Positions 26,011 through 37,849 of a stretch of DNA of 64,000 bases are shown here, in pieces. This DNA comes from Basidiobolus meristosporus CBS 931.73 (lineage: Eukaryota; Fungi; Basidiobolomycota), in contig MCFE01000145.1 of assembly GCA_002104905.1 (NCBI GenBank), forward strand, positions 1 through 64,000, in the 5' to 3' direction. Within the stretch, counting starts at the first letter, position 1. Each line of letters begins with the position of its first letter. The notes below the pieces were generated by a model. That model saw only the letters and a list, made by a program, of their open reading frames with translations, made no database searches and had not been told where the DNA came from. The position numbers were made by a program, and so were the translations under genes.

Positions 26011-27451
26011 AGTGGAGCAGACTAAATATGGAAGATAAGGCTGAAGGCTAGAAAAGGCGAAAGTAGTTAGTTGGATGCTGATGGACATGATGGTTCCTGT
26101 ATATATATTCCCCAGGAGGGATTTATTGACAGACGACTGAATCCAGCTGAACAATTACGATTCTTGTTTCTGCCGAACAATCATGTGTACCCCCTGAGTT
26201 TGATGACTTCAAATTGTTACACACACGATCAGCATGTCCCACCGGGGATTGTGATACGTATATGGGTCGTGGGTTGCGGGCTATATGCGGTCTCTCACAA
26301 TCCATAAAACCAATCCAACTGATCACTGGCACTCCATTGTAGATGCTGAATTGTCAAGGCAGGATGAACCGGTAGCATTGCAAGATATGGACCCGGGTCT
26401 ATTCTATAGGTGGGGTGCTCAGACCCTCGATGAACGCAAGCCCAGCGCAGCATCCAGTCCCATCGTTTCGGGAATCCTTACTTCATTCTTTCTCGACGCT
26501 TCTTTGATTGGCGTGGCTTGGACATCCTGTTGAAACCTATTTGAGCGGATATTTTTGGCAGCATGCCGGCCATTGCTGACGATTTGCAGGCTCACGATCA
26601 CGAATAGTGTTGGGCCATTGCATCTGAATCCTGGATTCACTGCGGTAATCCGGCTGTTTAGTATTCGCAGATAGTAGATGTCGACCAGTAATCCGGGAGC
26701 TGAGGGATCTGGACAAGCAATGATTATCAAGGAGTGGGCGCTCCCTATTCGACGATACAAGCATTGTGGGGGATTCCGAGAGGCAGCGCAGCTACTGATA
26801 TCTTGACTAGACGACAGTGAGAATCCGCACGCGTAGCAGGAGGCTCTTGGGAGCAAGAGCAATTGTCCCGCCATAGGGAGCTAGTTGGCATTGTGTAGTT
26901 GTATGCCTCCCATCGAAAAGCCCATGCAGACGATCGTCTTTTGAAGCGAAACATCGCCGAGGTGTTGGTCTGGCGACACACAATGACAAATCCGCGTTTC
27001 GCAGTTCGCTCGATTCGCAGTCATCCACTGTGTGAGCTGGTTTCCTTGTTGGTGCCTTCATTTTCAACGAAACCGGAACCATTGCCAAGGAGGTTCACTC
27101 AAAAAACTGCACCCCTTGTTACGCCTCTAAACGGTGCTGACCCAACACCTGGGCTCTCCTTCTAGTCAGGCCTCGATATGTCGAGCCTGGGTTTCGCTTT
27201 CGAATTCTCGTAAACAACCAAGTGTAAAGCTTTATTAAATCAAAATTTTATGCGATGAAAGACTGCTTTATATCCCAACTAGCTGAGGATAGATTCGGGT
27301 TCAAACAGAATTTCAGTGGCTTCGACAAGCGCGATCCGTTGCGTTGCGCGTCCGGGACGCGGGAGACTCAGGTGGGTGGAATCCATGTCTGATCAAAGGA
27401 GTATAGCTATCTAAAGGATGTTGGGCGTTCCACAATTTACATCTCCCTCTT

Positions 27452-27880
27452 TCACGCCCGGAAAAGATACACCAAGCATCCCACTACCATCTGGATATAT
27501 GGCTGCGGGCCTAGTGGTATCCCAGAGCTTGAGCGAACAGCCGCAGTTTGAGTGGACCAAACATTGGTACGAGTTCCAGAAGGAGTTGTCACAGGTGTAG
27601 TCCAAACTAAAGAGAAGGTCGAGCCAGAGTGACTGACCGTTGGTGCAGGCCTAGTGCTGTGCGGAGCAAGGGTAGGGTTTGAGGCACCGGTGGGAGCAAT
27701 GGCTTTGGAGGTTTGCTCAGCACTGGGGCTGTTGACTAGTGGGGGATTGGGCGTAGGGGCTACATTGGAGCTCTCGTCCATGAAAGTTCCTTCTTCTGGC
27801 AAGTCTGCCTCCATATCCTGAGCATTAGTGAATGTAACCAAGGTGATTGAGAGGAAGGCTATTATAATTGATGTTCTCAT
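27452..27880 (-). CDS. Ser/Thr/Pro-rich secreted, probably GPI-anchored, protein (142 aa)
   Basis: Signal peptide MRTSIIIAFLSITLVTFTNA, S/T/P-rich stalk, SSSG followed by a hydrophobic C-terminus. Confidence 0.85.
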   Translation of the reverse strand: MRTSIIIAFLSITLVTFTNAQDMEADLPEEGTFMDESSNVAPTPNPPLVNSPSAEQTSKAIAPTGASNPTLAPHSTRPAPTVSHSGSTFSLVWTTPVTTPSGTRTNVWSTQTAAVRSSSGIPLGPQPYIQMVVGCLVYLFRA

Positions 27881-28885
27881 CGCCAAGCGTATTCAATATG
27901 ATGCCAGCCCAACGGAGAGGCCGGCTACTTATATAGCCACCCGGGGCAATTTTGTTTGTGTAGATGCGTACTCTGTCACTCCGAGCTCCAGCATTGATTG
28001 TTGTGGAGCTCATGACGGATCTTACCGATAGGAGCATGAGATTGGGGAATGTACCATTTGGTCGACCAGCATAGGCTCTCAATGAACCCAGCACATATCC
28101 CCCTCATTCTCAGTCAGAGTCCACGATGTCCACAATCGAGGTAATGGCTAAAGATGCACGAGAGCGTGATGCAGATGGGATGCTCTTTCTCTTGATCAAC
28201 AGCCTATCGGAAGCTCTCTGACTATCATGAATCCAATGCAAACTTCCGAATGTTGATCATGTTCAATAGCCATGATGCTCGCTAAATAATGGTTGCATGC
28301 TCGGACCTCTGTGAGTGTTTTCATCCCACACCAAATCATATGAAATTCAGCAGCCGATCGACTTATTGCGTCAAGTCTTGATCACCTCCGGGTAGGGATG
28401 CAGGACTTTTGCCGCTTCGTGGGGCTGAATGAGTGAGGCTTGACGTGAACTATGTGGGTTAAGCGAACAGTAATCTAGTGAAGCAACCATCCCAACCTCT
28501 GCCTGTCAGGGACGCAGCCATCCGGTGCGATATGAGTACCCATGCTCAGGCAATAGCCTGGCGAACGCTCGGCAGTTGGTAACATCAGCTATACGCCAGG
28601 AGAATTCGTGAGGCACTCTTTATCTATCCGAAGTGCTGCCTGGCCGCGACCCGAGTCTTTCATGTTTCTTTCTGAAGCATGCTCACGCACTTCTGCAATT
28701 TGATACGAGAACGATGGAACACGAAATCCAAGACCAAGATGGGATGTATATTTGATGAATAAGATGTTTACATTGAAGTGATGAACCCTGAAACGTGAGC
28801 TCGATTCAAGAGCACACCGATCATACATAGATAATGAATGTTGAATAACTCGTAAATGTCAAGTCCCAACGGATGGTGTGGGGAT

Positions 28886-29573
28886 TTAGCTGGTGCTTGT
28901 GGTCTCCTTGGCCCTCCATTGATCTACATCGAATTCTGGGAAGAATATCTCGATCTCGCGCTTGGCGGTTTCGTCCGAGTCTGAGGTAAAGGTCGACTTG
29001 GTGAGTCAACACTGCCATGGTAGGAAAGCCTAAATTGAATTACCTGAGCCGTGAAAAGAGTTACGTGTGTCGGTCAATCCGTAGATGGAGCGTAAAGTGT
29101 CGGGTGCATTGATTGCCGCCCTTAGAATTCCAAGGAAACTCGTTAGGACCGGGACCAACGCTGAATGCGGAGGACAGGCTCACGATAACTTACCTGACTG
29201 GGTGAGTGGGTCCGATCAGGCCACGCCAGTCCTTGATAGCGTTGTCTTTACTAAGGATGAGTGCTTGAAAAGGGCCACTGAATGCCACAGTTGGACCAGC
29301 CTGGTTAGTCCAGGGAAATAAAATATGCACCTCTGGAACCTACCTGGTCATGTATCCGACCAATCTTTCAAAGAAGAATTTCCCCTTATGCTCGCCGTAG
29401 AATTTCTCCGCCTCGGCTTTGGTCCATACCAGATCTCTGCTCTCCACCACTTCGAACTTCGCCTCCTGGATCCGTTTATGGATCTGACTTACGGCAAGTG
29501 GGTTGGCGCACAAGTCCGGCTTCAGCAAGCCTAGGGTGAGCTGACGACACAGGGGAAGAGTAGGTTTGAACAT
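28886..29573 (-). CDS. NME6: Nucleoside diphosphate kinase, group II / NME6-like, 4 exons
   Basis: LTLGLLKPD, AEKFYGEHKGKFFFERLVGYMT, WRGLIGPTHP, PDTLRSIYGLTDTRNSFHGSDS (catalytic His) and AKREIEIFFPEF after splicing. Confidence 0.9.
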
Positions 29574-29868
29574 CGAAACGAGCCAAGAGAATGCGCCCTA
29601 GCCGGATCAAGTGGATCTTTTAAGAAGCGGATCAATTGTGGAGAAATTTCGGTTGTGAAGTAATCCAGCACCGATCAGAAAAATTTTGACTTCGATTTTA
29701 TTTAGGGATTCGAGGCGGTTTGTTACCAAGGTGTACAGGACAGCGATATCTTACAAGATTAAACAGATTCTGTGTCATACGAAACTAGGCTATTTCGCAT
29801 GGCATGGGAGAAAGAGATGTACACCCAGTGGCCGAGCACCGCTTGCTTTGTGCTGGCGCTATTTAGAT

Positions 29869-31153
29869 CTAGTGTATGCTCGACATACCAATCCCACGAT
29901 ACGTGGCCAACAGAATTCCGACCACGCATGTGATGTGCAAAAATGGCAGCGGGATCAACGTGTCTAGCAAACTGAGGCTGTCCAGCCTGTCCTCTAAACC
30001 ATAAATTATGGCCGATCGAGCAATGGAGAACGTAAGTGGACTGAACATTGGATGATCCCTCTCAACATTTGCTATGCCGGATAGAACAAAGGGAACGCTC
30101 CCCAGGGTTACGAGCCATGCGCTTGCTGGATGCCAAATTCTGTGATCGGTTATCAGACTGGACCAATCTGGAACCGTTAGTACGAACGAGGGATATGGTT
30201 CCCAAGAGCGCAAGGGAGCCCTATCTGCCCTAGACTATTCATTCTATTAGCGTGTGACGGCGGTATATTGAGAATCATTCTAACTGGACGTATACTCACT
30301 TGCAGGAATGAGTAAGCAATCACCATGAATTCTACAGTTAGTAGAAACAATAGGACGCGCCATACTAGAGCATTCTAGGTGGGATCAGAAGTCAGTTTTG
30401 GAAGACGAAGATCCCAAGGCATCTTACACCATTACCGTATATGAGCCGCTCCGTGATTTTTCGACAATCGGGATCTTCTTTTGGGTCGTAGGAACTTTGC
30501 AGGTAGGCCTTTCGAAAGGAGACCGTTGGCCCGGAGAAGAAGAGGAATGCTCATATTTCAAAGCTCCCTTGACTTTCTCTGGCTCCGGGGTATCGTCGTA
30601 GGGCTCCCGTTTCATGGGTATTTGCTCTTCGACTCGTACCTCAGCCTCTTCCTTTTCAGAAGACTCCTGTTGACGCCCCCGAGAAGAGAGTATAGGGGTA
30701 AGAGCCTCGCTCTCTCTAAAAAACAAAGTAGATCAGCAATTTCGCCGGCGTTTTTGGCAGGGTAGTTTTCGCTTACCCTCCCTGCAACTGGGTAGTTCTG
30801 GTGCTGGTTGGGCTGGAGGACCTGGCGTTTCTCTTTCGCGGGGTTGAACCAAGTGAGGCATTCAGTAAAGAGAGGATGTGGGGGTCGTTGCGGATATCGT
30901 TGTCATTCAGATACGCTCTGAGAAGGAAACGTGTTAGCGGGATATGACGCTCTGTTTTCACGAAGGAGACCACTGACTTTATTCTCGCTTCTAGATCGGG
31001 ACGTAGACCCTCGGTCGACAAGCCGAGTGCTTGAGCAATCTCTAAATAAACCCCGAATGTAAACATGGGCACGAAACTGGGATGAGAGCACGCCGCCTGC
31101 ATACCTACTAGCTCGAACTTTCTGAAACGGAGAAGGCTTGGGAGTGGTGCCAT
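29869..31153 (-). CDS. GTT3-family-like integral membrane protein with an N-terminal SAP/HeH-like helical domain, multi-exon
   Basis: N-terminus RFRKFEL..IAQALGLSTEGLRPDLEARIK, low-complexity middle, TM segments and C-terminal PDWSSLI..WHPASAWLVTLGSVPFVLSGIAN..SPLTFSIAR. The family match is from memory of fungal GTT3-like proteins. Confidence 0.7.
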
Positions 31154-31507
31154 CGTGATGTAATCGACCAGCAGAGTAGAGAGGGTAGTGTCGTGAAAGC
31201 ACGGTAACTTGTTCCACTCACACACATATCAACAAATAAAAATCAATGTTTGTTGCTTATTATTTTGGAAATGCCAATAGTAAATACGGATATATGGAGA
31301 CTACGATCCATGGGGTCTTTGATTTAGGCCACCTGCCATTACCTCTCTGGCCTGAACGGTTCCTTGAGATCAACGGCTCAACAGGAAACCCGTTGTCCCA
31401 CTCCGCACTACAAAGGATATATCGGCACCTCACTGTAGCCTGCATCACTCAGTGGCTAGTAAAAGAAATTTATTGGTTGGTTTAAATATAAAACTCAAGT
31501 GCCAAAT

Positions 31508-31539
31508 GGGAGCGGGGAGGGGGAGGGAGAGGGAGAGGG
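31508..31539 (+). repeat. Polypurine G-run tract (potential G-quadruplex)
   Basis: gggagcggggagggggagggagagggagaggg: six runs of three or more G, between the SHO1 stop and the next gene's start. Confidence 0.6.
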
Positions 31540-31617
31540 TTAGATATTCTACGTAACTTGATAAACATTTACTGAGGGAATGCTGAATGGTTATACTTCA
31601 ACATGTAGAGCTGAAAG

Positions 31618-32500
31618 TTATATGATCCGGAAGAAGTTACTGGGAACGATCCCAACTGAACCGTCCGATTTTTTGGCCTGCCACCACTTGCCCTTGGTGT
31701 CGGCCACATCGACAACCTCGTCTTTCAAGAACGATATTTCATTGGGGTCGTCAGCACTTGCCTCGTACCCATAAAGCGCCTGAGCTCTATATGGGTAGTT
31801 ATTATCAGAGGGTGCACTGGCAGGCTTAGGCGTGGTTGTCGCGGCAACAGGAGGAACGATAGGCGCCACGGCTGGGGTGGAGGGGTTTCTCGCTTGGACC
31901 ATGGGCTGGCGATGGGTGGTTACTTCGTGGCCAACCACATGCGTAGAGTCGAGGTCGTCGTCTCTTCCCAGCAAAAACAGCCACGGAGCCAAGCCAACCG
32001 CGGTAATGAGAGATCCGCACCCCAAACCGATAATCGAGCGGGTCTTCGCATAGATGGTGTCGTCGATCTGGAAAATCAACAGCCCCACCACGGCGGCGGT
32101 AAACGTCAGCAGCTAGAACGGACAATTGCATGAGTATTTGGCTCGGCAGCATAGGCTGGTTGGGGGTACTTTACCGGAAACCGATAGTGCCAAACGGTTT
32201 TTGTGAAAAGGGCGGCCAGTGCCATGAGCAACAGAACCAGGGTGAATACCACCACCCACCACGTGAATCCAGAAGAACCAAGGACGATGGTGCAAACAAA
32301 CGAGATGATCCAACCACCCTACACAAAGTCCATTACCTACATGTTCCAAGGGAGTCTTTGGTGTAAGTACTTACCGTGGCCAGCGCCAATCCACCGAGGT
32401 AGAGTGGGCTTTTGTGTAACGATAGATCTGGCTCTGTCAGGTGGTCATGCCTGATGGTTTGGGGGTCGCGGTGGCGCTCGACAGGATCGCTGGTGTTCAT
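31618..32500 (-). CDS. SHO1: Sho1 osmosensor: four TM helices plus C-terminal SH3, 3 exons
   Basis: GWIISFVC, FTWWVVV, WHYRFPLLTF, IDDTIY, PWLFLLG. SH3 domain YPYRAQALYGYEASADDPNEISFLKDEVVDVADTKGKWWQAKKSDGSVGIVPSNF. Two canonical introns. Confidence 0.95.
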
Positions 32501-33943
32501 GATTGCCAATAACTTGGGGGCGTCGAGGTAGAATCGAGTGGATGAGAATTAAATTAGGGTGTAGGTATAACTTTAACGGGAAGTCGGTTGAGGGGAAGTG
32601 CCAAGCAAGCCTGGCTTTATAACCACGCTGGAGCTTGAATTAATCTATTTTTCCCGAGGATGATTCGACCAAGACGTGAGCAATCATACTTCTACCTAGG
32701 AGTCAGCATAAATCTCAGCATTTCCCAATCTCAGTCATGGCTGAGTTGGGATTCACGCACCCGGAATTGTATCCTGGGATTCCCGATTTGATCTGCTGAT
32801 CAGGTCAGAAGGCTGCTCTGGGATGGTGGATGGATCGCGCATTACAGGGCAGACCCACTCGGTTCCAAGGAAATGACGTTGGTGCTGATTGTACGCACCA
32901 AGCAGCCCTTCCGCTATTAATATGAATCTTACATCTTCCATGGAAGTGATGTCATCCACCTTTCGACTATCCGATGACGAGTCTGCTTTCCATGACAGAC
33001 ATGGACGGCCCTTGGAAAGGCAAAGGCTGACCCGAGGATGAGCTGGGTGATGATGCTCGGTGAATTACAACATGCATAGAGCAACACCGCGACTCAACAG
33101 TCTCGTGCCGTCACCAAGGGCGAAGCTGGCCACGGGTCGAGCAGGGAGATCGGCTTGGCACCCGGTGGAACAGCCATACCATCCCTTCACGACGGGATCA
33201 TGCTGGAAGATCCGGTGGAAGATACCATTCAGATGCATACCGTCCGTGCCTTCCAAGCTACGATGAGCACTGCGCCCTTGAGCACCGAAGGGCTGTTCCT
33301 GGCCTTTGCATGATCGACTGGATGCAGTCTCATCAAGTGCGTGACCTGGATTCCCATGAATTGGCATTCGAAGGGCGAAGGAAGAAATTTACCGACCCAG
33401 ACTGTATGATTTGTTGGATGATCCGTTCGTGTGATTGGCAAGCACGGTGAAACCGAGCCCTAATCCATATCCAGAGCTCCACAACATCGATTGCCCAAGG
33501 CCAATATTCAACAGGAAGGAGCACTTTGCGGAACTGGAACATCCATTGCTCATCTTTCCTCCGCTCCATTTCCCCCTCGGATCACATGATCCCAGGGCCA
33601 TTACAATCTGGTATTGGATGCATCACCGCCGCTGATTCCTCGACACCCGAGTTGGGATTCCATTCGCTCTGGGATGCGGATTCCGGAGAGCTGGGACCCG
33701 ATTATTAGGTGGATAGGCATGCAGGTATGAAAAAGGCGCACCAGTTCTCTACCAAATGCTGACCTCCAGCAGGCCTGGGAAGTGGGACGAAGCGATGGGG
33801 GGGGGAACAGCAGACTTTATTAAATTTTCCATTGGGGAAGGACACGTGGGGCTAGTTGGACCATCGAGCGGCTGCTAGCCTCCAGGGTGGTAGGCGAAGG
33901 CCGCTTACGAAAAGTGGGCCGCTGCCCGAGAGCACGCGGTGTC

Positions 33944-34658
<715 letters not shown>

Positions 34659-35639
34659 GACTGGCGCGAGGGATGTAGGGATGTAGGTTGTACGGGGGAA
34701 GCAATGAAGGTTCCGCTGGATGGCGCCAGCAGTATTTCTACCCTGTCCGCAATTTTTTCTTCCCATCGTTGATAATCGTGGTGCATCTAGTGACCACTCC
34801 AGGAAAGCAGTCCCTTCCCAATAGCCCATCCTTTGGTGAACACAGCTTCTCTCCAAACCCATGGTCTTTGCCGCAATCGGTTTCGGCCCCATCGACAGTA
34901 TATGGTAGGTAGCATCTGGATCATCTCCCGCACGCGGTGCCCTGGACATGCCTGATTCGAAGTCCATATCAATTGGTAGCCTAATCCAGCCTGATTTGTA
35001 ATTGCCCGTGGATTTGGCGTTGGCTAGATGGAGATGATTTGGAATGGGTTCTAAATTGTACTAACGTCCAGTTCGCTAGAAGTAGTGATCGTTGCGGGTG
35101 GGGATGGATGACCGATGGGCCTCTCTCCACTACCATCTACCGATCTCCCCCGTCCACCAAGTCAATCGACTAGCTGAAATGTGGGAGGGCAACTAGGATG
35201 GCGAGTTTACTTTGGAGACCGGGCAAAATGGTTCCTACATGTTTGGTACACGGCCACCAAGACTTTTGCAATGCGGGAATTCTGAGGAGACAGAGTTCCG
35301 CTTGGATTCTTACTTCCCCAAGGAACATTGTCGTTTCTTAGCACACCTAGTGAGGGATAGGTCGGAGTTCCCAGAAACAACCAATGACCGGACTTCAAGA
35401 GCCTTGGGAGAGCCCACCCCAGCCTATAGAACTACCACGGAAATGCATGGTTAGGAAAATCGTGTTCTCCCTGAAGACAATGGCATGCTTTGCCCATAAC
35501 TGCTTGGCATCAAATCGTGCAAAAGTACTTTGGTTCCTGAATGGTGGCAAGGAGACCATATGGAGTTATTCTATGCCGGTCCCCTCCCAGATTTCCGTTG
35601 AACCGATCGCATGTTGCACTCCAATATATTGCTCATCCA

Positions 35640-36260
35640 TCAGTTGTGCCCTACTAGATTAGTAAGCAACGATTTGTATCCCGGCATCTTCCACCAATGG
35701 TACTCACCCAACTATGGCTGCCAATGATGGGTTATTGCACACTGCCACCATACTAACTTCCCATATGATATTGATTCTTTTCTACCTCCCCTTGAACCAT
35801 TTGTATGCTGCACTGTAAAATAATCCCTCTTTTTTTTTATCTTACCCACATTACCACAGGTACGCCACACAAAGTCTGAATAAAAACACTACTGCATCCT
35901 GCCTGATCCCAATGTACACACACTGGCAGCAATCAACACTTATCTATTACCCTCACAAAAAAAGTCAAATAAAGGCTGGCAGAATACTATCATAATATCA
36001 GCGGAATTCCAAGCTTCTCAAAACTGTCAACTCTCAATATCTTTTCCAGTAGGGGACCAGACCATCCAGCATTCACACCAAATTTGGCAATCAGCTGCCT
36101 ACTACTTCCATCAAAAATTGGTACCTTGACCCAGAGGTTTTTTGGAGTGGCACTTGCAAAGCTTCCATACACCTTGTATTGCTGGTGGCATATATATTTT
36201 GCCAACATTTGCGCAGTAACTATTGTTTCTAGAGTTTTTGGAGCCACCAGAAGTGTCTAG
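35640..36260 (-). mobile_element. CACTA transposase C-terminal fragment (diverged subfamily)
   Basis: Reverse complement aligns with about 58430-58760 (YICHQQYKVYGSFASAT vs CICYQQYKVYGNFASIT). Confidence 0.65.
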
Positions 36261-36399
36261 AGCAGGTAGACTATATGGGTTGGAACTAATGATTTATTGA
36301 GTGTATTAGTGGTATTTATGCCTTAACAAGGTCTTGACAAGTCAAGTGCCTCAACTATGCTTAGGAAGGTCTTAAGTGTTGTAAGGGTCTTGGAGATAT

Positions 36400-37220
36400 T
36401 GGAAGTGATTGGGAGAACAAGTAGATTATGTGGTTCTTACTTAGTATTCTATTGAAGGTAAAAGTAGTATTTATACTTTTACATGATCTTGGCATAGCAA
36501 ATATGTACAATAGGCTTAGGAAGGTCCCAGGAACATGTGTGCAGAGCTTGGGGCTTTTGGACAACCTATCATATTTTCATGTTCTGAGTACCTGATATGT
36601 TGGTAAGAAGATTAAATCCCTACAAGGCAATCTGGTTAGTGTTCTCTAAGACTTGTAGGTAATGATCTCAGTGACTAAGTTAGGTGAATATTTAGGTGAA
36701 ATTACAAATTTTGACAACATTCAGTACATGTAGGTCAAGTCTGGGTTCTTTAAACAACTTTGATATCTTTATATTCCAGGTAACAGATGCTGTTGTGTCA
36801 TCTTTTGCCTATGAAAAGTAATTGGGCCCTGAAGGTGGATCCAATGCAGGTCAACCATCAAGATTGTGAAAAATGGCCATCATAATGCTGGAAGCTTGGA
36901 ATTGCTGTAAGAATTGGTGATTCCACCTAAATATACACCTAACTTGGCCACTTAGATCTTTACCTACAAATCTTAGAGAATACTGACCAAATTCCTTGTT
37001 GGGATTTACCTGGAACATTTACTAAAACATCAAGTACCCCAAACATGAAAATTGGAAAAGTTGTCCAAACAGCTCCAAACCTTGCACACATGGTCTTGGG
37101 ATCTTTCTAAGCATGTTGTACATGTTTGTTGCACCAAGATCATGTTAAAGTATATTTACTTGATGTATGAGTGTAAACCAACATTTCTAGGAGACCTCAT
37201 ACAAGTAAAGCTTACAAACA
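36400..37220. repeat. Diverged inverted duplication (arms about 36400-36725 and 36900-37220) of an unidentified decayed coding sequence
   Basis: The reverse complement of the left arm matches the right arm at about 70-75% by eye, for example cacctaaatat(t/a)cacctaactt and ccaagatcatgt(a/t)aaagtata. Confidence 0.7.
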
Positions 37221-37849
37221 CCTTGGAGGAAGAGCTCAGTCAACTAGGTAGATACCAACATCTGGACAAAGATATCAAGATAAACATGCCAAAATGTTCA
37301 AAAGTGCAGAGAAGATGAAGTAGAGACTTGGTAAGACCTTTTCACAAGCAGCATTGACAGTTGGAACCTTGTATTACTGTAAAGCAACACTTTAAAGAGG
37401 TCTGCACATCAATGGATAGGACCATCTAAAATCATCTAAGAGTGTACATTTGTTACCTACAAACCAGTGGACAAATAAGGAAATATTCAAGAAGATTAAG
37501 CTCATAGAGACAGACTCAAGCCTGCAAGACATACTGATCATACTGAGCCATCAAGACACTGGTATCATAAGTAATAGATTCAGGTGAGCCATATCATCTG
37601 TAGCCAGGGAAAAGGCAAGGACCAGCAAGTGGAATGTTTTAGTTATATCATTTTTAGTCAAATCAATTATTAGTTGTGCATAGCCAATGAGTAATTTCAA
37701 TTTTTCCTATTGAATCAGTAGTATTAGACAGCAGATGAATCAGTAGATGTTTATCAGACAGATATAAATAAATTATGTAGGATCTAATTGGATATGATAG
37801 CACAATCAAATGAGTAACCAGCCACAGCCTACATGAGGAAGTACTATTA

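Noticed and set aside
26419-27165. Overlapping ORFs on both strands between the two GPI-type genes
   Set aside because: No domain, no coherent exon chain and no preferred frame.
30008-30250. Apparent three-exon plus-strand micro-gene encoding 43 aa (MADRAMENNKGNAPQGYEPCACWMPNSVIGYQTGPIWNHYSFY), with GTAAGT and GTTAGT donors and 53/58-nt introns
   Set aside because: It lies antisense to the conserved last coding exon of the GTT3-like gene (29869-30213), so chance splice signals are more likely. Stranded RNA-seq would settle it.
32753-33700. Possible gene between SHO1 and YAH1
   Set aside because: Coding-like composition and in-register antisense frames, but no resolvable model or motif.
36900-37430. 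Possible L1-type non-LTR retrotransposon C-terminus (GLGI and CxxC-like words)
   Set aside because: The motifs are not kept in the homologous inverted arm and no RT core is present.
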